DNA from: Nannocystis bainbridge
GTDB taxonomy: Bacteria > Myxococcota_A > Polyangia > Nannocystales > Nannocystaceae
DNA: 64,000 nt
Assembly: GCF_028368995.1 (NCBI RefSeq)
Contig: NZ_JAQNDL010000003.1
Span: forward strand, 64,001-128,000
Direction: 5' to 3'
The notes beneath the pieces were generated by a model. The model searched no databases and was not told the DNA's origin. It saw only the letters and a program-made list of their open reading frames with translations. This document shows, one piece after another, positions 43,810-52,993 of this stretch (positions within the stretch are counted from its first letter, which is position 1; each line of letters starts with the position of its first letter). A program made the position numbers and the translations under genes.

Positions 43810-44568
43810 GCCGCGACATCAACATCGTACAAGACGGCGCGACGCTTCCTGTACGATCGCACCTCGATGAGCACCGACGAGAGCACCGTCTTCATGGTCC
43901 GTCACCGCGTCAAGACCGGGGCACGGCCGCGTTACGAGGCCTGGCTCGAGAAGACCCTCCGCACGGCCAACGGCTATCCCGGATATCAGGGCCGGCACGT
44001 CGTGCGTCCTTCGGCGCTCGACGGCGAGTACGTGAGCATGCTGCGCTTCGCCACCGTTGACGACGCACGCCGCTGGATCGAGTCGGACGATCGACGAGAC
44101 CTCGTCGCAGAGATCCGCGAGATCATCGAGACCGACGACACGCTCTTGAAGGGCGGCATCGACTTCTGGTTCACGCTGCCCGCGGAGGGACGCCCACCCG
44201 CTTGGAAGCAGTGGCTCGTGACGACCTCGGTCATCGCGCCGCTCACGATGCTCGTGCCACCGCTGCTCGCGCCGCTCTTCGAGGCCGCGGAACCGCTCGG
44301 GGCCTACGGGGTGCGGCATGTCGTGACCGCGGCCGTGATCGTCGCGATCGTGACGTTCGTGATCATGCCGCGCTACGTTCGCCTGCTCCGGGGTTGGCTC
44401 TACGCCGAGGCGCGGGTCGCTCACCAGGACTCTTCGAACCCGAAGTAGTGCACGAGGTCGCTCCCGGCCATTTCGCGCGGCACTTTCGGCGAATCGTCGG
44501 TATCTCTCCCGGGCGATTCACGGGGCCGCGCCGGGCGGACATCAACATCGTACAAGACGGCGCGGCGC
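43733..44568 (+). repeat. ~100-110 bp direct repeat (43733-43845 and 44467-44568) flanking the ABM gene
   Basis: Both copies: gccatttcgcNcggcactttcggcgaatcgtcgg...gggcgattca...gacatcaacatcgtacaagacggcgcg. Confidence 0.92.
43867..44448 (+). CDS. Antibiotic biosynthesis monooxygenase (ABM) domain membrane protein
   Basis: VRHRVKTG...YEAWL...YPGYQG...RWIESDDR...FWF...PPAWKQWL plus two TM helices. Confidence 0.85.
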   Translation: MSTDESTVFMVRHRVKTGARPRYEAWLEKTLRTANGYPGYQGRHVVRPSALDGEYVSMLRFATVDDARRWIESDDRRDLVAEIREIIETDDTLLKGGIDFWFTLPAEGRPPAWKQWLVTTSVIAPLTMLVPPLLAPLFEAAEPLGAYGVRHVVTAAVIVAIVTFVIMPRYVRLLRGWLYAEARVAHQDSSNPK

Positions 44569-44621
44569 CAGACGGCCATCTTCGTCCGGCGCCGCTTCGA
44601 TTCGCCGCGCCCGAGAGCCCC

Positions 44622-46412
44622 ATGACACACGCAGCCGACGCCGATCTCGTCCTCTACAACGGCCGGATCACGACCATGGATTCGCAGGCACCCGCCGCCT
44701 CGGCGGTCGCGGTGCGGGACGGTCGATTCATCGAGGTCGGCGACGACGCCGCGGTCCTGCGTCGCGCCGGCGCCGACGCCCGGCGGATCGACCTCCGCGG
44801 CCGCACGGCCATTCCGGGCCTCATCGATTCGCACCTGCACCTGATCCGCGGCGGCCTCACCTACAACAGCGAATTGCGGTGGGACGGCGTCGCCTCGCTC
44901 GGCGAGGCGCTGCGACGGCTGCGCGAGCAGGCCCTACGGACCCCGCCGCCGCAGTGGGTGCGCGTGGTCGGCGGCTGGTCGGAGTTCCAGTTCGCCGAGC
45001 GGCGCATGCCGACGCTCGACGAGCTCAACGCCGCCGCCCCCGACACGCCGGTGTTCGTGCTGCACCTCTACGCGCAGGCGCTGCTCAACCGCGCTGCGCT
45101 GCGCGCCGTCGGCTACACCCGCGACACGCCCGATCCGCCCGGCGGCGTGATCGTGCGCGACCGCCACGGCGAGCCGACCGGCCTGCTCGTCGCCAAGCCC
45201 AACGCGTGGATCCTCTACGCGACGCTCGCCAAGGGCCCGCGGCTCGCGCTCGACGACCAGCGTAACAGCACCCGTCAATTCATGCGCGAACTCAACCGAC
45301 TCGGCGTCACCGGGGCGATCGACGCCGGCGGCGGGTTTCAACAATACCCCGAGCACTATCAAATCATCGAGGAGCTGGCGGCCGCCAGGCAATTGACGGT
45401 GCGGGTCGCCTACAACCTGTTCACCCAGCGCCCCGGCCAGGAGCTCGAGGACTTCACCCGCTGGTCGAGCTCCCTGACCCCGGGCGCCGGCGACGGCTAC
45501 TATCGCCTCAACGGGGCCGGCGAGATGCTCGTCTACTCGGCCGCCGACTTCGAGGACTTCCTCGAGCCGCGGCCCGACCTCCCGCCGCACATGGAGGACC
45601 AACTCGGCGCCGTCGTCGAGCACCTCGTCGCCAGGCGCTGGCCGTTCCGCCTGCACGCGACCTACGACGAATCGATCGCGCGGATGCTCGACGTGTTCGA
45701 GGCCGTCGACCGCAAGGTCCCGTTTCAGGGCCTGCGGTGGTTCTTCGACCACGCCGAGACCGTCTCGCCGCGCAACATCGATCGGATCGCCGCGCTCGGC
45801 GGCGGCGTCGCCATCCAGCACCGCATGGCCTACCAGGGCGAGCACTTCATGCGCCGCTACGGGCCGCAGGCCGCCGCCGAGGCGCCGCCCGTGCGTCGCA
45901 TGCTCGCGGCCGGGATCCCCGTCGGCGGCGGCACCGATGCGACGCGCGTCGCCAGCTACAACCCGTGGGTCGGGCTCGGGTGGCTCGTGTCCGGCCGCAG
46001 CGTCGGCGGCACCGAGCTGCTCGGCCCCTCCGGCCGGCTCTCGCGCGAGCAGGCGCTGCGCCTGTACACCGCGGGCAACGGCTGGTTCTCCGGCGAGGAC
46101 GGCGAGCGCGGTCGGATCGCCCCCGGCTGCTTCGCCGACCTCGCAGTGCTGTCCGCCGACTACTTCGCAGTGCCCGAAGCGGAAATCCGCGGCATCACCT
46201 CGGAGCTTACCGTGGTCGGCGGCGACGTCGTCCACGCCAGCGGCGACTTCGGCGGTCTCGCGCCGCCGCCCCTGCCGTTCAGCCCGGACTGGGCCCCGCC
46301 CGCCCACCACGGCGGCTACGACCCGGGCGCCGTGGCGCGCGCGCTGCACCGCGCCCACCGCCATCATCACCACCACGCCGCCGGTCTCGCCTGCCCCTGC
46401 GCCGTGTTCTAG
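44622..46412 (+). CDS. YtcJ/NfdA-like metal-dependent amidohydrolase
   Basis: IPGLIDSHLH, RLHATYDE, FDHAE, GGGTDATRV, ADLAVLS. Confidence 0.92.
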   Translation: MTHAADADLVLYNGRITTMDSQAPAASAVAVRDGRFIEVGDDAAVLRRAGADARRIDLRGRTAIPGLIDSHLHLIRGGLTYNSELRWDGVASLGEALRRLREQALRTPPPQWVRVVGGWSEFQFAERRMPTLDELNAAAPDTPVFVLHLYAQALLNRAALRAVGYTRDTPDPPGGVIVRDRHGEPTGLLVAKPNAWILYATLAKGPRLALDDQRNSTRQFMRELNRLGVTGAIDAGGGFQQYPEHYQIIEELAAARQLTVRVAYNLFTQRPGQELEDFTRWSSSLTPGAGDGYYRLNGAGEMLVYSAADFEDFLEPRPDLPPHMEDQLGAVVEHLVARRWPFRLHATYDESIARMLDVFEAVDRKVPFQGLRWFFDHAETVSPRNIDRIAALGGGVAIQHRMAYQGEHFMRRYGPQAAAEAPPVRRMLAAGIPVGGGTDATRVASYNPWVGLGWLVSGRSVGGTELLGPSGRLSREQALRLYTAGNGWFSGEDGERGRIAPGCFADLAVLSADYFAVPEAEIRGITSELTVVGGDVVHASGDFGGLAPPPLPFSPDWAPPAHHGGYDPGAVARALHRAHRHHHHHAAGLACPCAVF

Positions 46413-46416
46413 CCGT

Positions 46417-48189
46417 ATGGACATGTCCTTTCAGGCATGCGGGGCGCGCCGACCCGGCTCGCGCCCCCGCGCCGGCGCGCGCGCGGCCTCGACCGCGGTC
46501 CTCGCGGTCGCCCTCGGGGCGTCGTCGGACGCGCTCGCGCGACCCACGACCTGGCCCATCGAGCCTGTCCTTGCAGACAGCCTCTCCGAGGCGCGGTACC
46601 CGGCGCTCGGACATGTCCCCACGGACAGCCTCGCTAGCACGCAGCGCCCGGCGAGCGGACATGTCCCCACGGACAGCCTCTCAGTCGGCCCCGCGCTCCC
46701 CCGTAGCGACGCCGCGCCGCCGCAGGTCTCCGCCCCGGTGCCGGACCTCCGCGGCGCTCCGGCAGCGCGTGCCCCTGTCCCCGCGGACATGCGTCGTCCG
46801 CCGGCCTTGAAGCCCGGATCGCCGGCGCAGTCCGCCGGCGCGACCGAGGCCGCCGCGCTCGCCGGCCGCGGCGAGGGCCGGCCGGCCGCACCGCCGCCCT
46901 ACCGCCTGCTGCGCGCCGACGAGGACTACCGTTACCTGCGCGACCGCGGCCGCCGGGCCGGCTTCCTGGATGTCCTCAAGTACATCCCGCTCGGCCCGCG
47001 CGGCCGCGTCGCGCTCAGCTTCGGCGGCGAGACGCGCCAGCGCCTCGACTGGTTCCGCAACCTCGACTGGGGCGCCGGTCCGCCGCGCTCGCTGTCGTGG
47101 ATGCAGCGGTACATGTTCCACGCCGAGCTCCGGGCGCCGTACTTCCGCGCGTTCGCCCAGGTCAAGAGCGGGCTCGAGACGGGGCGGCCCGGCGGGCCGC
47201 GGGCGATCGATCGCGACGACTTCGACTTCCACCAGGCCTTCGCCGACTTCGACCTCGAGCGCCCGGGCCTGCGCCTCATCGTCCGCGCCGGCCGGCACGA
47301 GCTCGCGTTCGGCTCCGGCCGCCTCGTCTCGCCGCGCGAGGGCCCCAACGTGCGCCGCAGCTTCGACGGCGTGTCGGTCATCCTGTCCGTCCGCCGGGTC
47401 CACGCGCATCTGTTCGTCACCCGCCCGGTCGCCACCGTGCCCGGCGTCCTCGACGACGGCTGGGAGCGCGGTCAGTGGTTCGCCGGCGCCTACCTGACCG
47501 TGCCCTCGCCGCTGCGCGGCGGCCACGTCGACGTCTACGCGCTCTACCTCGACCGCCCTGAAGCCGAGTACCACCGCGGCCGGGCCCACGAGCGCCGCCT
47601 GTCCCTCGGGACACGTTGGTTCGGCGCCGCCGGGCGACTCGACTACAACGTCGAGGCGGTGCTGCAAACGGGGCGCTTCGGCGCCGCGCCGCTGCTCGCG
47701 TGGACCGTGGCCAGCGACACCGGCGTGCGCCTGCCGCTGCCGTGGGACCCGCGGCTCGGCCTGCGGCTCGACGTCGCCTCCGGCGATCGCGGCCCGGGGC
47801 GGCCCTTCGGCACCTTCTCCGCGCTGTTCCCCAAGGGCTCGTACTTCGGCGAGGACGCGCTGGTCGGGCCCGCCAATTTCCTCGACGCCCACCCGATGCT
47901 CACGCTGACGCCGGTCGAGCCACTGAGCCTCACCCTCGACTGGGTGGTCCTCGGCCGGTACAGCCTCGCCGACGGCCTCTACAACGTCCCCGGCGAGCCG
48001 ACGATCGCCGACCCCGGCGGCGCCCGGTTCGTCGGTCACCGCGCCGGCGCCACCCTCGAGGCCGAGCTCGGGCGGCACGTCGGCTTCGTCGTCACCGTCG
48101 GCCGCTTCTTCCGCGGCCCGTTCCTCGCGCAGGCCGGACGCACCCGCGACGTCGACTTCCTCGCCACCTGGCTGACCCTCAAGTTCTGA
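46417..48189 (+). CDS. Alginate export family outer-membrane beta-barrel with repeat-derived N-terminal extension
   Basis: LRADEDYRYL, LKYIPL, GRHELAFGSGRLVSPREGPNVRRSFDG, terminal LTLKF. Confidence 0.85.
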   Translation: MDMSFQACGARRPGSRPRAGARAASTAVLAVALGASSDALARPTTWPIEPVLADSLSEARYPALGHVPTDSLASTQRPASGHVPTDSLSVGPALPRSDAAPPQVSAPVPDLRGAPAARAPVPADMRRPPALKPGSPAQSAGATEAAALAGRGEGRPAAPPPYRLLRADEDYRYLRDRGRRAGFLDVLKYIPLGPRGRVALSFGGETRQRLDWFRNLDWGAGPPRSLSWMQRYMFHAELRAPYFRAFAQVKSGLETGRPGGPRAIDRDDFDFHQAFADFDLERPGLRLIVRAGRHELAFGSGRLVSPREGPNVRRSFDGVSVILSVRRVHAHLFVTRPVATVPGVLDDGWERGQWFAGAYLTVPSPLRGGHVDVYALYLDRPEAEYHRGRAHERRLSLGTRWFGAAGRLDYNVEAVLQTGRFGAAPLLAWTVASDTGVRLPLPWDPRLGLRLDVASGDRGPGRPFGTFSALFPKGSYFGEDALVGPANFLDAHPMLTLTPVEPLSLTLDWVVLGRYSLADGLYNVPGEPTIADPGGARFVGHRAGATLEAELGRHVGFVVTVGRFFRGPFLAQAGRTRDVDFLATWLTLKF

Positions 48190-48230
48190 GAGCGCAGACC
48201 GCACCGCAACGCAAACCTGGAGACCGAACC

Positions 48231-48887
48231 ATGCCCACCGCCATCGCCGCCCCCGGCAAGACCCTCCTCACGCCCCACGACCACACCCTGATCCTGATCG
48301 ACTACCAGTCGCAGATGGCGTTCGCCACCAAGTCGATCGACGCCGTGCTGCTGCGCAACAACGCCGGCCTCGTCGCCCACGCGGCGCGGATCTTCGGCGC
48401 CTCGACGATCCTCACCACCGTCGCCGAGAAGAGCTTCTCCGGCCCGATCTTCTCGGAGATCAAGGCCGCGTTCCCCGAGCACGACGTCATCGACCGCACG
48501 TCGATGAACACCTGGGAGGACGCGAAGATCGCCGAGCGCGTCAACAAGCTCGGCAAGCCGCGTATCGTCCTCGGCGGCCTGTGGACGTCCGTCTGCATCG
48601 TCGGCCCGGCGCTGTCGGCCCTCGACCAGGGCTTCGAGGTCTACGTGATCGCCGACGCCTGCGGCGACGTGTCGAACGAGGCCCACGAGCGGGCGATGGA
48701 CCGCATGGTCCAGGCCGGCGCGCGGCCGATGACCTCGCTGCAGTACCTGCTCGAGCTCCAGCGCGACTGGGCCCGCGTCGGCACCTACGACGCAGTCACC
48801 GGCCTCGCCAAGGAGCTCGGCGGCGCCTACGGCCTCGGGATCATCTACGCGAAGACCATGTTCGGCGCGTCGGAGGGCGGGCACTAG
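48231..48887 (+). CDS. YcaC-type isochorismatase-family hydrolase
   Basis: LILIDYQSQM, IDRTSMNTWED, GLWTSVC, ELQRDW; GGAG RBS. Confidence 0.92.
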   Translation: MPTAIAAPGKTLLTPHDHTLILIDYQSQMAFATKSIDAVLLRNNAGLVAHAARIFGASTILTTVAEKSFSGPIFSEIKAAFPEHDVIDRTSMNTWEDAKIAERVNKLGKPRIVLGGLWTSVCIVGPALSALDQGFEVYVIADACGDVSNEAHERAMDRMVQAGARPMTSLQYLLELQRDWARVGTYDAVTGLAKELGGAYGLGIIYAKTMFGASEGGH

Positions 48888-48899
48888 GGTCCCCCCCCC

Positions 48900-49163
48900 A
48901 TGAAGCTCTACCTCGTCTCGCTGGCAGTCGGCGCGCTCGTCGGCGCCCTGTACAGCGCGCTCGGCGTGCGCTCACCAGCGCCGCCGCTCGTCGCGCTGCT
49001 CGGTCTGTTCGGCATGCTCCTCGGCGAGCAGGTCGGCCCGATCGCGCGGCGCGTGCTCGTGGGAGAGCCGCTGTCCGCGGCGTGGTTCGCCCGCGAGTGC
49101 GCGCCCAAGATCACCGGCGCTCCGGCGCCCGAACCCGCCCATGGCGACGCCGATGACCGATGA
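48900..49163 (+). CDS. XapX (DUF1427) domain protein
   Basis: YLVSLAVGALVGALYSALGVRSPAPPLVALLGLFGMLLGEQ. Confidence 0.88.
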   Translation: MKLYLVSLAVGALVGALYSALGVRSPAPPLVALLGLFGMLLGEQVGPIARRVLVGEPLSAAWFARECAPKITGAPAPEPAHGDADDR

Positions 49164-49220
49164 CGCGGCCGCCCGCGCTCGCGGCGGCCACCTCTCCGCT
49201 CACCACCCTCCGGAGCCGTC

Positions 49221-49679
49221 ATGAAGGTGATCGACCCCCGCCTCGCGCCGGCGCTGGAGAAGGCCCGCGACCTCGGCCTGCTCGCGCAGCGCATCGGCGC
49301 CGGCCTCCTGATCTGGACCTTTCACATGCGCCCGAAACTGCTGCGATTCGACGAGGAGCTGCGCGAATTCCCCGACCCGCTCGGGATCGGCGCACCCGCC
49401 AGCCTCGCCCTCGCGCTCCTCTCCGAGGGCCTGTGCAGCGTGCTCGTCGCGCTCGGCCTCCTGACGCGGCTCGCAGCCCTGCCGGTGGTCTTTACCATGC
49501 TCATGGTCTTGACAATGGCCGCCCGCGGCTTCGAGGGCGCCGACGTCCAGTCCGCCCTGCTCTACGCGCTCCCCTACGCGACGCTGGTCGCCACGGGACC
49601 GGGCCGCTATTCGTGCGACCACCGCCTGCTCGAGCGCTATCGGCGGCTCTACGCGCGGTTCATCCCGCCGCGCGCCTGA
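49221..49679 (+). CDS. DoxX family membrane protein
   Basis: FPDPLGIG...SEGLCSVLVALGLLTRLAALP...GPGRYS. Confidence 0.88.
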   Translation: MKVIDPRLAPALEKARDLGLLAQRIGAGLLIWTFHMRPKLLRFDEELREFPDPLGIGAPASLALALLSEGLCSVLVALGLLTRLAALPVVFTMLMVLTMAARGFEGADVQSALLYALPYATLVATGPGRYSCDHRLLERYRRLYARFIPPRA

Positions 49680-49801
49680 GCCGTCGCCTGCTCGCGCCCC
49701 TTGATCGCCGCGCGCGTCCTGCCCCCGGCCGATTGCGGCCCATCACCCCGCGCAGTGACCGCCCGCCCCGCCGGTCGGCCTTCCGGCGGGCCCAGCGACC
49801 C

Positions 49802-49818
49802 GTGGTAAGAAATCCGGG
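49802..49818. mobile_element. Orphan IS1380-type terminal sequence
   Basis: GTGGTAAGAAATCCGGG matches 16/17 the end at 56270-56286 (GTGGTGAGAAATCCGGG). Confidence 0.55.
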
Positions 49819-49874
49819 CCGACACAGCGGACATCACGACCGTGCGGCGCGGCGACCGAGCGCGTCCCGCCTCC

Positions 49875-51089
49875 ATGCAAAGCATTGCCACCATGCCCCG
49901 CAGCTACCTCCGCCCGGCACTCTCGGGCACGAACGGCCACCACCGCGTCACCAACATCGAGCTGTTCTTCGACCTGGTGTTCGTCTTCGCGGTGACACAG
50001 CTGTCGCATCTGCTGATCGCCAACTTCACGCTCGTGGGTGGCGCCCAGGCGCTGCTGCTGATGCTGGCCGTATGGTGGGTGTGGATCTTCACCTCGTGGG
50101 TCACCAACTGGCTGGACCCGGAGAAACTCGCCATCCGCCTGCTGCTGCTGGTGCTGATGACCGCGGGGCTGCTGCTGTCGGCGTCGCTGCCGCAGGCGTT
50201 CGGCTCGCGTGGTCTGGCGTTTGCGCTCGCCTATGTCTTCATGCAATTCGGGCGCACGCTGTTCTTCCTGTGGGCGGTGCGCGGCGAATCGCGGGTCATG
50301 CGGCGCAACTTCCAGCGCATTGCCGCGTGGCTGGGCGCCTCCGCCCTGCCGTGGCTGGCGGGCGGCCTGGCGGACGGACCGACGCGCTGGTTCTGCTGGA
50401 TGCTCGCGCTGGGCATCGAGTGGATCGGCCCGACGGTGGGCTTCTACACGCCGGGCCTGGGCCGTTCCACCGTGGGCGACTGGAACGTCGAAGGCGGCCA
50501 CATGGCCGAGCGCTGCTCGCTGTTCATCATCATCGCGCTGGGCGAGTCGGTGCTCGTCACCGGGTCGACCTTCGCGGGGCTGGATTGGGACGCCGCCAAC
50601 ATCGCGGCGATGGCGGTGTCGTTCATCGGCAGCCTGGCGATGTGGTGGCTGTACTTCGACACCATCGCCGAACGCGGCGCGCAGACCATCTCACATGCCA
50701 CCGACCCGGGCCGGCTGGCGCGGCTCGCCTACACGTACATCCACGTGCTGCTGGTGGCCGGCATCATCGTCGGCGCGGTGGCGGACGAGTTCGTGCTGGC
50801 GCACCCGGTCGGGCACCCGCATCCGGGCGCGGCGCTGGCGGTACTGGGCAGCGCGGGGCTGTATCTGCTGGGCAACCTGCTGTTCAAGTGCGCCGTCCTC
50901 GGACGCGCACGCACGGCGCATGGGCTGGGGCTGGTGGCGCTGGGACTTATCGGACTGGCCGCGGGCGCGCTGCCGGCCCTGGCAGTATCTGCACTGGCGA
51001 CGCTAGTGCTGTGCGGTACGACAGCCTGGGAGTGGTACACGCGGTCGTGCGAGACGCCCGAAGCCGCCACGCACCGGCGGCGCGTCTAG
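49875..51089 (+). CDS. ltrA: Low temperature requirement protein A family
   Basis: VTNIELFFDLVFVFAVTQLSH, HMAERCSLFIIIALGES, WWLYF. Confidence 0.9.
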   Translation: MQSIATMPRSYLRPALSGTNGHHRVTNIELFFDLVFVFAVTQLSHLLIANFTLVGGAQALLLMLAVWWVWIFTSWVTNWLDPEKLAIRLLLLVLMTAGLLLSASLPQAFGSRGLAFALAYVFMQFGRTLFFLWAVRGESRVMRRNFQRIAAWLGASALPWLAGGLADGPTRWFCWMLALGIEWIGPTVGFYTPGLGRSTVGDWNVEGGHMAERCSLFIIIALGESVLVTGSTFAGLDWDAANIAAMAVSFIGSLAMWWLYFDTIAERGAQTISHATDPGRLARLAYTYIHVLLVAGIIVGAVADEFVLAHPVGHPHPGAALAVLGSAGLYLLGNLLFKCAVLGRARTAHGLGLVALGLIGLAAGALPALAVSALATLVLCGTTAWEWYTRSCETPEAATHRRRV

Positions 51090-51776
51090 GCGAGACCCGC
51101 CAGGCTGCCGGCCCACGCGCCTCGGCCTCCTTCCGCACCCTGTCGGCGTTCTCGACGTCGAGCCCCTTGTAGTAGACCGCCGCGAGCTCGGCGTAGTCGC
51201 GCCCGGTCGCGTGCTCGCCCTCGCGCGCGACCGTCAGTGCGCGCAGGTCGATCGCCTCGGGCCAGCGCTCGAGCTCGAGCTCCGTCTGGCTCGCGCGCAG
51301 CAGCGTCTCGATCACCGTTGGGTGGCCCGGGGTGCTCGCGCAGCAGCCGGGCCGTCGTGTGGCGCTGCAGGTCCGCTACGTCTCCGTGATTCTTCAGCGC
51401 GAGGTCGACGGAACTTGGCGCGCACGGACTCGATCGACAGGCCGCCCCAGCCGGAGGGCAGACGTGCGCGGCGGCCGGGAGTTGTGCCGCTCCCAATCGC
51501 CCCGACATCGCACTCGACGGGTTCGACGTCACGACCAGCCAGATCGTAGTCGACTGGGAGGTGCTGGTCGATCCTTCGCTGGCAGGGAGCTGTGAGACGG
51601 ACGGCGGGTGTGGCTGCGAGTCGCGGTGCGTACCGGGGCGCGGGATCGCGTGGACAGCGAGGGAAGGCATAACCGAACCCGCGGTGTTCCGCGTCGAGTG
51701 ACCACGAAATCGCCGCAAGCTGGGCCAGCCCGAGACTGCGCGTCGTTGGTGAGGCGGTCGACGAGCATCGTCGCGT

Positions 51777-52967
51777 CTACGCATCGCACGCCGAAGCCCG
51801 CGACGCGGCGAGCGCCAGGAGAGCTCCGACGAGCGCGACGGCGGCCCCCGCGCCGCCGATTGCCTCGATGCCGCCGAGGCCGATCGCCGCGCCCCCGATG
51901 CTAGCGCCGAGCCCCTGGCCGAAGAACACCATCGAGCCGTTGAGCGCGAGCACAACGGGGCGGGCCTCGGGCCGGGTTACCGCAAGCAGCCGGGCCTGGA
52001 CGATCGGGGTGCGCGTGAACAGGGCCGACGCGCCGAGCACCATGCCGACGGCCAGCATCACGAGTACCGGCGCGCTGGCGATCGCGCTGGCGACGAGGCC
52101 CGGACCGCTCATCAGGGCCGAATACGACGCGAGCGAGAACGCCGAGACGAGGAAGCTGAGGACCAACACGCGCTGTGCGCCGGGCCGGTCGGCACTGCGC
52201 CCGCCGACGACGATGCCGACGATACTGCCGAGGCCGATCAGCATCTGCATCACGCCGATGCCCGAGCCCGTGAGGCCGGTGATCGCGGTGACGACCGGCC
52301 CGACATAGGCGATCACCGTGAAGGTGGAAGCAAAGCCGACGAGGGTCAGCAGGAGGTGGGCATGGACGGGACGCTCACGCACGATCGACAGGGCGTGGCG
52401 ATCGGTTCGTGTACCCCCGGGCATGGCCGGCAACACGAGGCGGATCGCCAGCGCCGCCGCGATCGCGATCACACCGGCATACACGAAGGTGCCGCGCCAG
52501 CCGGCGAGATCACCGATCGCGCTACCCACGGGGATCCCGAGCACGAACGCGAGGGTCATGCCGCCGAACACGATCGCCATCGCCTGCCCGCGACGCTCGG
52601 GCGGCGCGAGCTCGGCGGCCGCGATCGAGGAGATCGGTCCGACCAGCCCTGCCGTGAGACCGCAGAGGATCCGTATGACGATCAAGCCCCAAAATGTCGG
52701 GCTGACCGCGGCCAGGAGGTTGAGGCCGCCGAGCAATGCGAGCCCTGCGACGATCACCGGGCGCCGACCGAGGTGGGCGACGAGGCCGGCGATCAACGGC
52801 GCAGTGATCGCATACGTGAACGCGAAGGCGGTGGCCAGCTGCCCGGCCGCCGCGACTGGCTGGTCAAGCTCCTCGGCGAGGGCCTCGAGGTGGCCGGCAT
52901 ACACATAGGCCTCGGTACCGGTGGCGAAGCTCGCCAGCGCGAGCACAAAGATGGTGCGGCTCAGCAT
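51777..52967 (-). CDS. MFS transporter (DHA1-like)
   Basis: LALASFATGTE, ERRGQAMAIVFGGMTLAFVLGIPVG, GWR; about 12 TM segments. Confidence 0.9.
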   Translation of the reverse strand: MLSRTIFVLALASFATGTEAYVYAGHLEALAEELDQPVAAAGQLATAFAFTYAITAPLIAGLVAHLGRRPVIVAGLALLGGLNLLAAVSPTFWGLIVIRILCGLTAGLVGPISSIAAAELAPPERRGQAMAIVFGGMTLAFVLGIPVGSAIGDLAGWRGTFVYAGVIAIAAALAIRLVLPAMPGGTRTDRHALSIVRERPVHAHLLLTLVGFASTFTVIAYVGPVVTAITGLTGSGIGVMQMLIGLGSIVGIVVGGRSADRPGAQRVLVLSFLVSAFSLASYSALMSGPGLVASAIASAPVLVMLAVGMVLGASALFTRTPIVQARLLAVTRPEARPVVLALNGSMVFFGQGLGASIGGAAIGLGGIEAIGGAGAAVALVGALLALAASRASACDA

Positions 52968-52993
52968 GAATGGTCGCTCTCGCGGGGTCTCGC

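Noticed and set aside
51086-51770. Possible gene scraps (TPR-like on minus; Cys-rich DGGCGC on plus)
   Set aside because: Too short and ambiguous to assign.
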